A stretch of DNA of 40,914 nt from Candidatus Bathyarchaeota archaeon (GTDB taxonomy: Archaea; Thermoproteota; Bathyarchaeia; 40CM-2-53-6; RBG-13-38-9). Location: the NCBI GenBank assembly GCA_030671315.1, contig DAOUZW010000001.1, positions 1-40,914 on the forward strand, given 5' to 3'. Positions within the stretch are counted from its first letter, which is position 1, and each line of letters begins with the position of its first letter. The position numbers and the translations under genes are program-made. Shown here in pieces: positions 1 through 10,065 of the stretch. Under the pieces are notes generated by a model. It searched no databases. It saw only the letters and a program-made list of their open reading frames with translations, and was not told the DNA's origin.

Positions 1-122
1 ACTAGGGCGACAATATTTGTAACCCCGACAATACTTAATATAATTGTGAAAAATAATGTTGAAATAGCTATCAATAATGCAAGCGTTCCAATAATTGACA
101 TGCGAAGTTTCAGCAGACTCAT
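1..122 (-). CDS. 5' part of a membrane-protein gene running off the window (MSLLKLRMSIIGTLALLIAISTLFFTIILSIVGV...). An HtpX/M48-protease-like N-terminus is only a guess.
   Basis: My own translation of the minus strand from ATG at 122..120 stays open to the window edge and has a hydrophobic TM-like segment. It is absent from the ORF track because fewer than 60 codons are visible. Confidence 0.35.
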   Translation of the reverse strand, partial: MSLLKLRMSIIGTLALLIAISTLFFTIILSIVGVTNIVAL

Positions 123-250
123 AATCTTATCACTATTTTTACAAGATTAGAACCAAGATTAATCTATTTAAACATCCTCAACCTTTCGACTTCTAGATAA
201 TTAATTGATAATTGAATTCAATCAAAATTCTGAGAGGAAATGATCTAGTT

Positions 251-1441
251 ATGGGAAGATTTCATCTTTCATCTGATGAAGAGATCAAGAAGGGTAGAAC
301 AACTGATGTTTACTTCATGAGGACCAAAGAAATCCTTTCGACAAAAGGAATAGGAAAAATCGACGTTGTAATGGAGGCTACAGCTGGCGCATTACCTAAT
401 TCTTGGCCGTGGGCTGTACTATGTGGTATTGATGAAATTGCATATCTTTTCGAAGATTTACCTGTAAATATCTATTCATTTAACGAGGGAACAATATTCA
501 GACAACGTGATGTCAATGGTTTACGTCTTCCTATCCTTAGCATTGAAGGAGATTACAGGAATTTCTGTCATCTTGAAACCCCACTTCTTGGGTTAATCTG
601 TCATTCTTCAGGTATAGCTACAAAAGCGGCAAGAGTTCGCAAAGCAGCTTCAGACAAAATGGTGATATCTTTCGGTATAAGAAGAGTCCACCCAGGACTT
701 TCCAGAATGGTTGATAGAGCAGCATATATCGGAGGTTTAGACGGAGTTTCAAGTCTATCTGGAGCTGACACAATCAGTAAAGAGCCAATAGGAACAATGC
801 CTCATTCTCTTATAATATCTTTTGATAGTCAAATCAAAGCTTGGAAAGCTTTCGATGAAGTCATGCCTCAAGACATACCTAGAATTGCTTTAGTAGATAC
901 ATACAGTGACGAAAAAACTGAAGCTATACTGGCCGCAGAGAGCTTCAAAGGAAAACTAAATGGAGTTAGACTTGATACACCATCATCTAGAAGAGGTGAT
1001 TTCTCCGAAATAATTCGAGAAGTAAGATGGGAACTCAATGTAAGAGGATACGAAAAAGTCAAGATCTACGTTTCAGGTGGATTGAATGAGAACAACATCA
1101 AAGAACTATCTAATGCAGGAGTATCAGGATTTGGAGTCGGAACTTCCATTAGTAATGCTCCGACAATAGATTTTGCCCTAGATATCGTAGAAAAGAATGG
1201 GAAACCCGACGCCAAGAGAGGTAAACTCAGTGGTAGGAAACAAGTGTGGCGATGCCATAAATGTATGACTGACAAAGTATCTCTGGCTAACAATCAGCTG
1301 TCAAACTGTGCTGTATGTGGAGAGACAACCGATCCTATGCTTAAACCACTTATAAGAAATGGTAAGATTGTTGAGGAGATGCCTAAACCAGAACAGATAA
1401 GGCAGCATGTGCTCAAACAGCTGGAACAATTTAACTTATGA
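251..1441 (+). CDS. Nicotinate phosphoribosyltransferase-family (type II PRTase) enzyme with a C-terminal zinc knuckle
   Basis: The N-terminus ...EEIKKGRTTDVYFMRTKEIL and the overall layout match archaeal NaPRTases. A C-terminal CxxC...CxxC is present (WRCHKC...CAVCGE). ATG at 251 is preferred over the upstream TTG at 212. Confidence 0.7.
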   Translation: MGRFHLSSDEEIKKGRTTDVYFMRTKEILSTKGIGKIDVVMEATAGALPNSWPWAVLCGIDEIAYLFEDLPVNIYSFNEGTIFRQRDVNGLRLPILSIEGDYRNFCHLETPLLGLICHSSGIATKAARVRKAASDKMVISFGIRRVHPGLSRMVDRAAYIGGLDGVSSLSGADTISKEPIGTMPHSLIISFDSQIKAWKAFDEVMPQDIPRIALVDTYSDEKTEAILAAESFKGKLNGVRLDTPSSRRGDFSEIIREVRWELNVRGYEKVKIYVSGGLNENNIKELSNAGVSGFGVGTSISNAPTIDFALDIVEKNGKPDAKRGKLSGRKQVWRCHKCMTDKVSLANNQLSNCAVCGETTDPMLKPLIRNGKIVEEMPKPEQIRQHVLKQLEQFNL

Positions 1442-1477
1442 AAACTTTCACGTAGGTGAAAGACTCTGAATAAACTA

Positions 1478-2026
1478 GTGGTAATTGCCATCGCAACAAT
1501 AATAATAACTATTTCAGCAATAATTGCAGTGGTGGGTGTTCACGGTCTTTATTCATTTGTACTGAGTTTAGGATATGCTGGAGCTTTAATCTCTGGATTT
1601 ATAGGTACAAGTTCTCTTATGATATCGATCTTTCCACCTCAGATTATCGTATTTCTGTTGAGTGACCCAGCTCTTGGTCTTAACCCACTTCTCCTAGGTA
1701 TACTAGCTGGCATCGGCGCTGGAATTGGTCAATTCACACATTACTACATTGGTGAGGGCGGAAGATATGTGATTTCTGAAAAATATCGAAAGCGAATCGA
1801 CACATGGAAACCTAGAATTGAAAAATATGGCGCCATACTAATTTTTCTTTTTGCAGTAACACCATTCTCGCCAGATGATATAATATGGATTCCTTTAGGT
1901 ATGATGAAGTATCCAAAAAAGAAAGCCCTTACTGCATCAATAATTGGTAAGACAGTAATGCTAGTTACTTTCGCTTATGGCGGATATTACGGAATTGAAA
2001 TGATACGAAATCTACTCCCTGAATAA
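1478..2026 (+). CDS. YqaA/DedA-like (VTT-domain) integral membrane protein
   Basis: Multi-TM protein with a GEGGRY...FAVTPFSPDDIIWIPLGMMKY core typical of the COG1238/SNARE-associated family. GTG start. Confidence 0.5.
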   Translation: MVIAIATIIITISAIIAVVGVHGLYSFVLSLGYAGALISGFIGTSSLMISIFPPQIIVFLLSDPALGLNPLLLGILAGIGAGIGQFTHYYIGEGGRYVISEKYRKRIDTWKPRIEKYGAILIFLFAVTPFSPDDIIWIPLGMMKYPKKKALTASIIGKTVMLVTFAYGGYYGIEMIRNLLPE

Positions 2027-2064
2027 AATTCAGTAAGATGATAAATTGATATGAATCTTATCGT

Positions 2065-2412
2065 CTATTTTTTTTCTCTAAACTTATCAATGATCTTGAG
2101 CATCGCCTCAAGCTGTTCAGTAGAAAGGATTTTCCCCTTGGTAGATAAAGTAGACCTTAGCTCTCCAATAGTCTCAGGCATGCAATTAACAACTTGTACA
2201 GCCTCTTTTCTCTCGATTTCGAAATTTGAGTCCAACTCTTTAGTAAGTTTTTTTGCCTTATCTGTCGATATTCTCGTAAATTTTTGTGTGTATTCTAAGA
2301 CTCTGCGTTGAAATTCCCCCATCTCATCCTCTTTAATCTGACCAAGTATCTTTCCGGCTTCAGCTATTGTAGTTTCATTTTTTTCAAGAATTTTTCTTGG
2401 CATAAGCTTCAT
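2065..2412 (-). CDS. rpoF: DNA-directed RNA polymerase subunit F (Rpo4)
   Basis: 115 aa, Lys/Glu-rich and helical. It sits directly downstream of L21e with a 4-nt overlap, the conserved archaeal L21e-RpoF pair. Confidence 0.75.
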   Translation of the reverse strand: MKLMPRKILEKNETTIAEAGKILGQIKEDEMGEFQRRVLEYTQKFTRISTDKAKKLTKELDSNFEIERKEAVQVVNCMPETIGELRSTLSTKGKILSTEQLEAMLKIIDKFREKK

Positions 2413-2705
2413 CCCTTAAATAACACTATATGCTCAGGACGTGCAATTACACTCTTTTCTTTGTTACCAGCTGAAACTGATATCATATAGCTTCTACCCC
2501 TACATTCTTTAACAACGCCTACTTTTCCATGATATCTTTTATGCGGCATACCTTTGTGGACGCTAGGTTCAATTTTTATGACTACACGATCTCCAACTTG
2601 ATATGATTGAAGGAGTCTACTCAAACCAATCTTACCTCTTTCACGAGGCTTCTTCCTGAATAATGACCTAGTAGCTGCACGATATCCTTTAGATTTTCTT
2701 ACCAT
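2409..2705 (-). CDS. rpl21e: 50S ribosomal protein L21e
   Basis: MVRKSKGYRAATRSLFRKKPRERG...HKRYHGKVGVV is a typical eL21 sequence. The internal ATG at 2705 is preferred over the longer ORF. Confidence 0.9.
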   Translation of the reverse strand: MVRKSKGYRAATRSLFRKKPRERGKIGLSRLLQSYQVGDRVVIKIEPSVHKGMPHKRYHGKVGVVKECRGRSYMISVSAGNKEKSVIARPEHIVLFKG

Positions 2706-2800
2706 TTGCAGATCATCTCGCCTATTTACTTTAGATCGAGGAGTTTCATCCACTTCTATTTATTCAACTTATAAACAATTCTTATGATTTCAATATTGCT

Positions 2801-4153
2801 TCATGACTGTACGGGTAATCGCCTCATAAATTTGGATTTCTGCCTTTTCATTGATTTCATCATTTTCCTCATAGACCCATATTGGCTGAAAAGTTCTTTT
2901 ACATCTTTTTCACTTCTTCCAGAACCCCTGGCAATCCGCCTAATTCTTGATGAATCCATGATTTTTGGAGTTTCTATTTCGTTCTTGCACATTGATTGAA
3001 TGATAAATCGCCATGAGTCCAATTTGTTTTCGGCAATGTCAAACATATTGTCAGGCATATTGTAGCCTCCAGGTACCATACTCCATATCTTTCGTAATGG
3101 TCCCATCTTTCTTATGGCTTCCATTTGTTCGTACATGTCTCTGAGTGTGAATCTTCCGTGGAGAATATTTTTAGCTTTACCTTTTGGAATAGTAAGCTCT
3201 GCTTCTTTTACACGCTCAATAAGAGCTTGTATGTCACCCATACCCATAAGTCTGCTAACAAAATTAGCCGGTATGAATTGTTCAATATCATCGATCTTCT
3301 CTCCAGTACCAATGAATTTGATCTTTGAGTCTATGGCAGCGACAGCCGATAGAGCACCGCCTCCTTTGGCTGAACCATCTAACTTCGTTACATATATTGA
3401 TCCCATCTGAGTAGCTTGTTTGAATGCTGAGGCCTGTAACGCTGCTTGTTGACCAATCGTTCCATCTATTACAAGAATGACCTCGTCAGGTTTTATTGTG
3501 TCCGAGAGTTTACTCATTTCATCCATAAGATCTCTTTCATTTTTATGTCGTCCTGCAGTATCAACTATAATAATATCAAAGCCTTCTTGCCTCAATGCAG
3601 TTAATCCTTTTTGAGCGATTTTATCAGGTTTTTTCTCATTCTTCATTCCAAAAGTAATTATATTCGCTTTATCAGCAAGTTGCTTTAACTGCTCGAATGC
3701 TCCTGGCCTATATGTATCTGTACAGATTATAGCCACCTTTAGGCCACGTTTCTGATAGAATCGTGCAAGTTTCACTGCGCCAGTTGTCTTTCCACTTCCT
3801 TGAATCCCTACTAGCATTATTACATGTTTTTTCTGTGGATCGAGAGAGAGCTTAGCTGGCTTATCGCCTAGAAACTTTGTGATCTCTTCATAAAGCACTT
3901 TTATAACATGTTCTCTTCTCGAGATGCCCGGTGGTAAAGTCTCTTTGATAGATCTTTCTTCAACGTTCTTCGATATATTGAGGACAAGATCTACATTAAC
4001 ATCTGATGCAAGTAGTGTTCGTTGAAGATCTTTTACTAATTCTTTTATAGCTTTTTCATCGACAATCGGAAGACGCATAAGTTTTCTTACAGAGTTACTA
4101 AGTGACTTGCCCAGACCTTCGAGTGCACTCAATGGTAATTTTTCACTTCCCAT
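2801..4153 (-). CDS. srp54: Signal recognition particle protein SRP54
   Basis: GTPase motifs [15 protein letters not shown] and TKLDG, plus a Met-rich C-terminal M domain. Confidence 0.95.
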   Translation of the reverse strand: MGSEKLPLSALEGLGKSLSNSVRKLMRLPIVDEKAIKELVKDLQRTLLASDVNVDLVLNISKNVEERSIKETLPPGISRREHVIKVLYEEITKFLGDKPAKLSLDPQKKHVIMLVGIQGSGKTTGAVKLARFYQKRGLKVAIICTDTYRPGAFEQLKQLADKANIITFGMKNEKKPDKIAQKGLTALRQEGFDIIIVDTAGRHKNERDLMDEMSKLSDTIKPDEVILVIDGTIGQQAALQASAFKQATQMGSIYVTKLDGSAKGGGALSAVAAIDSKIKFIGTGEKIDDIEQFIPANFVSRLMGMGDIQALIERVKEAELTIPKGKAKNILHGRFTLRDMYEQMEAIRKMGPLRKIWSMVPGGYNMPDNMFDIAENKLDSWRFIIQSMCKNEIETPKIMDSSRIRRIARGSGRSEKDVKELFSQYGSMRKMMKSMKRQKSKFMRRLPVQS

Positions 4154-4178
4154 CTATTTGAAAGATACTTCTATCTTG

Positions 4179-5093
4179 TTAATCCAAAGCTGCGGCCACT
4201 ATTAAGGGGAACAGTATTGTTGCATCGCCTACTAAATTAGCAATTTTTCTTTCGTTTCTGATCTTTCTCCAACTTATTGCTTCCTCGAGAGGTGCCCCAC
4301 TTAATCCACCGGCTTCTGGTCTATCCATAGTTATTTGAATTGCAGCGTCCACACCACCTCTAATAGTATTAGCCATAAGAAGATGATGTTTTGGTAATCC
4401 ACCTCCAATTATTATTGCACCAATTTTTTTTGACTCAAGAGAGATCTCAGTTAATTTTGAAAGATCTTTAAGTGAATTTATCATCAATTTGTTAAATGTG
4501 CTATATGTCCAAAGGTTCATTCCAAGCATTGAATCTTGTATACCTGGACATATAATTGGGACCTTTTTTTTATAGCATGTTTTTAAAATTGAATTATTAT
4601 CTTTCAGTTTCCTACCAAATTCCCAGAGTAGCTCATATCCGGCCAAATTCTTTTTTGTCTCAATATTCAACTCGTTTAGAATTTGATAGACCCATTTTTC
4701 TAATCCTTCAAAGGCTTTCATTCCTATATTGATGTCATAGATTCTGCCGATACCATTTTTCTTTAATTTAATGTCATTAGCCTTGGATGTCCCAATTGTA
4801 TGTCTATATCCTAACGCCTCAATCAGATCATGTGTAACATTGGCTCCAGTTGATATGATGACATTCACATAATCATCATCGACTAAATCACGAATTATTT
4901 GTCTTAATCCACCAGCAACCATTGGTCCAGCCAACGAGAGAAAGCATGTATATTTTTTTAAAAAGATATTTTTTGTTATATCAACTGTTTGAGCAAATTT
5001 TCCAGCACCTAAAACACCACTTTTGCTCATCTCAAATGCAATATCTGCGATGCTCATTCGATGACGTATCTTCATTTGTTTTACATAGGGCAT
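4179..5093 (-). CDS. dys: Deoxyhypusine synthase
   Basis: Size and GGGLPKHH-type motifs fit. It is adjacent to its substrate gene aIF5A. Confidence 0.85.
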   Translation of the reverse strand: MPYVKQMKIRHRMSIADIAFEMSKSGVLGAGKFAQTVDITKNIFLKKYTCFLSLAGPMVAGGLRQIIRDLVDDDYVNVIISTGANVTHDLIEALGYRHTIGTSKANDIKLKKNGIGRIYDINIGMKAFEGLEKWVYQILNELNIETKKNLAGYELLWEFGRKLKDNNSILKTCYKKKVPIICPGIQDSMLGMNLWTYSTFNKLMINSLKDLSKLTEISLESKKIGAIIIGGGLPKHHLLMANTIRGGVDAAIQITMDRPEAGGLSGAPLEEAISWRKIRNERKIANLVGDATILFPLIVAAALD

Positions 5094-5136
5094 CTATACT
5101 CGACCTTGATTGGAACCCTATGTTATGGCTAACTAA

Positions 5137-5535
5137 TCACTTTGTCCTAATAATCTTAGATCTACCAGACAGCTTCCAATATTCTACTTCTATTCCGCTT
5201 TCAAGTTTCGATCTAAGCTCATCATCTTTTGGTAAAGGTGTTTCAAATGTTTCATAGCTCTCTAGATCCATTATCTGAACATTCTCGCCCATAGTGGCAA
5301 TGATTTGGCCAGTACGTTTATCTATAATTGGAACTTCGATTTTTGCATCAACAGGACTTACTACATTTCTTTTTTGTTCAGTGAAAAATCCCATAGCTAC
5401 TATTCTGGCTTTCGCAGATCCATGTTTACCTGGCTTACTTTTCTCATATTCTACTACTCTGCATGGTTCATCATCAATGAGAATGTATTGACCGACTTTT
5501 ATACTACCTAAGTCAACGGGTTTACTCATCATCAT
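5137..5535 (-). CDS. eif5a: Translation initiation factor 5A (aIF5A)
   Basis: Hypusination loop SKPGKHGSAKA is present. 132 aa. Confidence 0.95.
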   Translation of the reverse strand: MMMSKPVDLGSIKVGQYILIDDEPCRVVEYEKSKPGKHGSAKARIVAMGFFTEQKRNVVSPVDAKIEVPIIDKRTGQIIATMGENVQIMDLESYETFETPLPKDDELRSKLESGIEVEYWKLSGRSKIIRTK

Positions 5536-5651
5536 CTCCTCGAAATTATGACTTTTTTACATTCATACCAGCTAAAATATTTACTGGAAGGCTCCTGCTA
5601 TAACCTCATAAGATCGTTAAAATAACTATTACTAAGTTTTTCTTCAGGCAG

Positions 5652-6518
5652 TTGGTGATATTCTTGTTTAAAAGCATTGGGATCGTTCCTCGTCTCGATA
5701 GTGATGATGCTTTAAAACTCGCGATTAAAATTTGTCGATATCTGAAATCGAGGAAGATTGATACTTTTCCTGAGATTGAATTTGCCAAAAATAATCGTAT
5801 TGGACAAGGAGTATCTCTATCACAGATGGAGGTCGATTTGATAATAACAATTGGAGGAGATGGGACAGTCCTTAAAACAAGTATGAATATTCCAAAACCT
5901 GAGACACCGATATTGGCTATTAATATGGGTAGACGTGGATACTTAACAGAAGTTGAGCCCAATCAGGCACTAACAGCTCTTGAAGAGTGCCTACAAGGAA
6001 AATATGATCTTGAGCAGCACTCCAAATTATCTGTCTATTTTAGAGACAAGCATATTGCCGAAGGTGTTAATGAAGCACTATTAACGCCGGCAACATCGTG
6101 GAAGATGCAAAATTTTGTAATTAAACAAAATAATCATAAACTAATCGAACAAAGAGCTGACGGTTTGATAATTGCAACCCCAACTGGCTCGACGGCTCAT
6201 TCTTTCTCAGCTGGAGGCCCAATTCTTGAAACGTCTCTTGATGCTTTCGTAGTAGTATTCATTTCACCTGCGGATTATATGCGTTCATTGGTCTTATCTT
6301 CCACCGATGATCTTAGCATCAAATTGACAAATACTAATATGGGGGCACTCTTGACTGTTGACGGTCGATATACAAAACAGCTCGCTCCTGAAGAATCCAT
6401 CATTATTAGAAAATCAAAGAATAGAGCTGTATTTGTCAGACTGAACTCTTCCTTCTGGAGTCGAAGCCTGACCCGTCATAAATTGGGGCCGAGAGAGGAT
6501 GATAGCGTATATTCTTGA
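5652..6518 (+). CDS. nadK: NAD kinase
   Basis: GGDGT motif (ITIGGDGTVL) and ...ATPTGSTAHSFSAGGP. The start is ambiguous: TTG 5652, GTG 5655 or TTG 5664. Confidence 0.85.
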   Translation: MVIFLFKSIGIVPRLDSDDALKLAIKICRYLKSRKIDTFPEIEFAKNNRIGQGVSLSQMEVDLIITIGGDGTVLKTSMNIPKPETPILAINMGRRGYLTEVEPNQALTALEECLQGKYDLEQHSKLSVYFRDKHIAEGVNEALLTPATSWKMQNFVIKQNNHKLIEQRADGLIIATPTGSTAHSFSAGGPILETSLDAFVVVFISPADYMRSLVLSSTDDLSIKLTNTNMGALLTVDGRYTKQLAPEESIIIRKSKNRAVFVRLNSSFWSRSLTRHKLGPREDDSVYS

Positions 6519-7044
6519 CACTTCAGCTCTAGTCATGGGCGTTAATCCATCAATAATCAAAGGAGAAGTTTACTCCGTACCAGAAGTCGAGTCAGAATTA
6601 CCTTCCGATAGCATGGCAGCCTTGCGTTTCGCCACATCTAGAGATAGTAGTATCCTATTAGTGCAATCACCCAGACGATCTTCATGCGATATGGTTAGGA
6701 AGGCTTCTCTCAAACTAGGGGAAAGGTTATCCCTATCTAAAGCTGACCTTCAGATTCTTGCTTTAGGTCTGGACCTGAGATTAAAAGGAATGAGTCCAAC
6801 TATAGTTAGTGATGATTATTCCATACAAAATGTAGCGGAACATCTTGGTATAAACTACACTTTTCTTGCAACTTTTGGTATCACTTACAAATTTAACTGG
6901 TCCATATATTGTCCAGCATGTTTCCGGAGATATGTTCATAGCTACACAGGACATCTATGTGAAGTATGCGGAACTAAACTTAAGAGAAAAGTTATGAAAA
7001 AATATAGAAAAATTGACAGTTCAAAAAATTATAGCAATTCATAA
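6499..7044 (+). CDS. nob1: Nob1-like endoribonuclease (PIN domain plus zinc ribbon), for 16S rRNA 3'-end maturation
   Basis: N-terminal PIN motif (ILDTSAL), C-terminal CPACFRRY...CEVCG. It overlaps the nadK 3' end by 20 nt. Confidence 0.7.
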   Translation: MIAYILDTSALVMGVNPSIIKGEVYSVPEVESELPSDSMAALRFATSRDSSILLVQSPRRSSCDMVRKASLKLGERLSLSKADLQILALGLDLRLKGMSPTIVSDDYSIQNVAEHLGINYTFLATFGITYKFNWSIYCPACFRRYVHSYTGHLCEVCGTKLKRKVMKKYRKIDSSKNYSNS

Positions 7045-7255
7045 GAAAAGCGTTAATTTGAAGATATACTATAACCAATCCATAATCTTGTTAATAATAA
7101 GGAAAACCTTTTCTTGAAGGAATATGTAATTTTAATTCTGGAAGTATAACTTTTGAAAACATCCTCGTACATCGAACAGATTCCTATAAGTAACGTATTC
7201 AATATTTTATGCCTTAGTTCTTGAAATATTTCTACTAGCTCAACCAAAGGAGATA

Positions 7256-7891
7256 ATGAGGATGTCAATTCCTACCAAAAGATACGGAGGTAGAGAACTG
7301 CAACATAAACGATCTAATTATGAGACTTTAGATCGTGCACGAATGTACGAAGAAAATGCTTACGTGCTTGACTTTCTTCCAACTGGGAAACATACGTATG
7401 ACCGCCAAAGACACATTGCTGCACCCACAGTTCAAGTCGTTGGAGAAGAACATTATACATTACTTGACCTGGAGCTTAAATTTGGAGCAACTGTGACTCT
7501 ACATGAGAAAATATACGTTGGAAAAGATAAACGTGATAAAGTTGAAAGAATCATTGGAAGGATCAACTACGACGAATTGACAGCTACGGCTAAGGTTGAG
7601 CTTCCAGTCATACTTGAAGAACTTATTAAGAAGAAAGAAAACAATTTTGTAGAGTTTTTTAACAAAGTGCAACCAATAACACCTAGAATGCATGCTCTTG
7701 AGCTTCTGCCAGGGATCGGAAAAAAATCGATGTGGCAGATCATCGATACTAGAGAGAACAAACCATTTGACAGCTTCACTGACATTCAATCTAGAACTGG
7801 AATATCTGATCCTATAAAGATCATAGTTCGAAGGATAATAGAAGAATTGACAGGCGAATCAAAGTACAGACTTTTTATAAGGGCACCCTGA
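7256..7891 (+). CDS. DUF655-family predicted RNA/nucleotide-binding protein (OB-like N-terminus, HhH C-terminus)
   Basis: Conserved archaeal partner located immediately upstream of ksgA. The stop overlaps the ksgA ATG (TGATG). A Shine-Dalgarno-like AAAGGAG lies 4-9 nt upstream. Confidence 0.6.
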   Translation: MRMSIPTKRYGGRELQHKRSNYETLDRARMYEENAYVLDFLPTGKHTYDRQRHIAAPTVQVVGEEHYTLLDLELKFGATVTLHEKIYVGKDKRDKVERIIGRINYDELTATAKVELPVILEELIKKKENNFVEFFNKVQPITPRMHALELLPGIGKKSMWQIIDTRENKPFDSFTDIQSRTGISDPIKIIVRRIIEELTGESKYRLFIRAP

Positions 7892-8700
7892 TGGACAAAA
7901 GAGGAACACATTACTCATTCGTTCCAAAAAAAAGACTTGGTCAAAATTTTCTCATAGACAGTCAATTATTAAAGAAAATTGTATTCTATGCAGAAATATT
8001 GCCTACAGAAATCGTGCTAGAAATCGGACCTGGCTTTGGTGCGCTGACACAAATTATCCAAGCAAAGGCTCGAAGAGTAATAGCTATAGAAAAGGATCCA
8101 GTTTTAGCTGAGTTTCTTCAAGAAAAATTCAAAACAAATCCTAAGGTTGAGATAATCATGGGGGATGTTTTAGATCAAACATTACCAGAATCTGATAAAG
8201 TTGTAGCAACCCCACCATACAATATATCCTCAAAACTACTATTCCAACTCATCCAAAGAAGCTATCGAGTTATCGTCCTAACATTTCAGAAAGAATTTGC
8301 CGATAGATTAGTTTCGGAACCTGGGACAAAAAATTATGGGAGATTGACGGTCATGATCAATCATAAAACGAAACCAGAGTTATTAGAGAACATTCCTAAG
8401 AAGGCTTTCAGACCCCAGCCTAAGGTTGATTCCGCTATAGTCAAGATTATACCAAAGGAATACAATGAGACAGTTGACGAGAAAATCTTCTCAGATCTTG
8501 TGCGAGGATTATTTACTCAAAGAAGAAGAGAACTACGAAGTTCTCTTAAGCATTATATTGATAAGAAAATTCCTTACTTTCCAATAGAAATTTTGAATAC
8601 AGAAATCCCTGATAAAAGAGTATATCAGATGACAGTGGAAGATTTTGAACAGTTAACAAAGAAAATCTCATCAAAGTTAAAGTTCTATAACAAATCATAG
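7891..8700 (+). CDS. rsmA: 16S rRNA (adenine1518/1519-N6)-dimethyltransferase KsgA/Dim1
   Basis: Motifs LGQNFL, EIGPGFGALT and TPPYNISS. Confidence 0.92.
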   Translation: MDKRGTHYSFVPKKRLGQNFLIDSQLLKKIVFYAEILPTEIVLEIGPGFGALTQIIQAKARRVIAIEKDPVLAEFLQEKFKTNPKVEIIMGDVLDQTLPESDKVVATPPYNISSKLLFQLIQRSYRVIVLTFQKEFADRLVSEPGTKNYGRLTVMINHKTKPELLENIPKKAFRPQPKVDSAIVKIIPKEYNETVDEKIFSDLVRGLFTQRRRELRSSLKHYIDKKIPYFPIEILNTEIPDKRVYQMTVEDFEQLTKKISSKLKFYNKS

Positions 8701-8719
8701 TGTCGCTCCGTGATTATAT

Positions 8720-9424
8720 TTGGAGATTCACATAGTCCTCGTAGAACCGGAACATGAAGGCAATATAGGTCTTATTGCAAGAATTATGAAAAATTTTGGA
8801 TATAAGAATCTCTGGTTAGTCAACCCAAAAACCAGACTTGGACCAGAAGCAAGAGCATTAGCAAGCCATGCTCAAGAACTGTTGGTAAAAGCAAGAATAG
8901 TGCAGAATCTAGACCCCCCACTGAGAAATTGTGACTACACTGTTGCAACTACAGCTATAATCGGGAAAAACCCATCAAATCTAAACAGAAAATCATTGAC
9001 TCTTAGAGAATTTGCTGAAAGAGTGAAAATCGTTGAGGGAAAAATTGCAATAATATTTGGTAGAGAAAGCCGAGGATTAACCAATAAAGAGATCACAAAA
9101 TGCGACTTTGTAATTACAATTCCGACAAATAGTGAGTACAAAACTCTGAATATCGCAACAGCAGTTTCAATAACACTATATGAAATTAGAACTGCGCAAA
9201 ACATGAACATGAGTTATTTTAAGCAAGCTGACAAAGAAACTAGGTTAAGACTTGTCGATAAATTCGAAGATCTATCAAGGAAAGTAAGCATACCAACCTA
9301 TAAAATACCACTTACGAGAACAGCATTATCTAATGTGATTTCACGTGGCTTAATCTCCACAAGAGAAGCAAGCTTGATGACTGGAGTATTTAGAAGAGCT
9401 ATAGAGAGAATAGATAACCACTAA
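8720..9424 (+). CDS. trmJ: SPOUT-class tRNA 2'-O-methyltransferase, TrmJ-like
   Basis: IVLVEPEHEGNIGLIARIMKNFG...IIFGRESRGLT...NIATAVSITLYE. TTG start. Confidence 0.75.
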   Translation: MEIHIVLVEPEHEGNIGLIARIMKNFGYKNLWLVNPKTRLGPEARALASHAQELLVKARIVQNLDPPLRNCDYTVATTAIIGKNPSNLNRKSLTLREFAERVKIVEGKIAIIFGRESRGLTNKEITKCDFVITIPTNSEYKTLNIATAVSITLYEIRTAQNMNMSYFKQADKETRLRLVDKFEDLSRKVSIPTYKIPLTRTALSNVISRGLISTREASLMTGVFRRAIERIDNH

Positions 9425-9509
9425 CTAAGACCTTATTAAGAAGATTTAATGACCAGCACGGATGTTTAAATAATACTGACCATTCATTCTTTGCAAACGG
9501 CGACCCAAC

Positions 9510-10031
9510 ATGAAGGGCAGAAATTATCGTATAAGCAAGGCAAATATATACACGAGAGCTAAATACATTCATGGCCAACCAGTCTCAAAAATTGTAAAAT
9601 TCAGTATGGGTGACCCAAAAGTAAATTATGATTACAAGATAACACTGATTTCTCAGATGAAGATTCAAGTGGTTCATAATGCTTTAGAAGCTGCCAGAAT
9701 TTCAGCAAATAAAGTCTTATCAAATAAACTTGGAGAAACGGGTTATCTAATGCGTATCAGAGTCTATCCCCATGTTTTTCTCAGAGAGAACAAAATGATC
9801 GCAACTGCGGGTGCTGATAGGCTTCAAGAAGGCATGAGAAGAGCGTTTGGAAAACCTACAAGCCGAGGTGCAAGAATTAAACGGAACCAAGAATTGATAG
9901 ATGTCTTCGTGAATGAAAGCTCCATACAACTTGCGAAAGAAGCTTTGACAGCCTGTTCAAAGAAACTGCCAATGCAATGCAGTATTACTGTTGAGAGAAT
10001 CAATGAGGCTCCTAAGCAAATAGAAGCCTGA
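9510..10031 (+). CDS. rpl10e: 50S ribosomal protein L10e (uL16)
   Basis: The N-terminus ...YTRAKYIHGQPVSKIVKFSMGD and the 173-aa length are typical of archaeal L10e. Confidence 0.9.
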   Translation: MKGRNYRISKANIYTRAKYIHGQPVSKIVKFSMGDPKVNYDYKITLISQMKIQVVHNALEAARISANKVLSNKLGETGYLMRIRVYPHVFLRENKMIATAGADRLQEGMRRAFGKPTSRGARIKRNQELIDVFVNESSIQLAKEALTACSKKLPMQCSITVERINEAPKQIEA

Positions 10032-10065
10032 TTTTCACGATATATAATACATTTTTATTGTTCTG

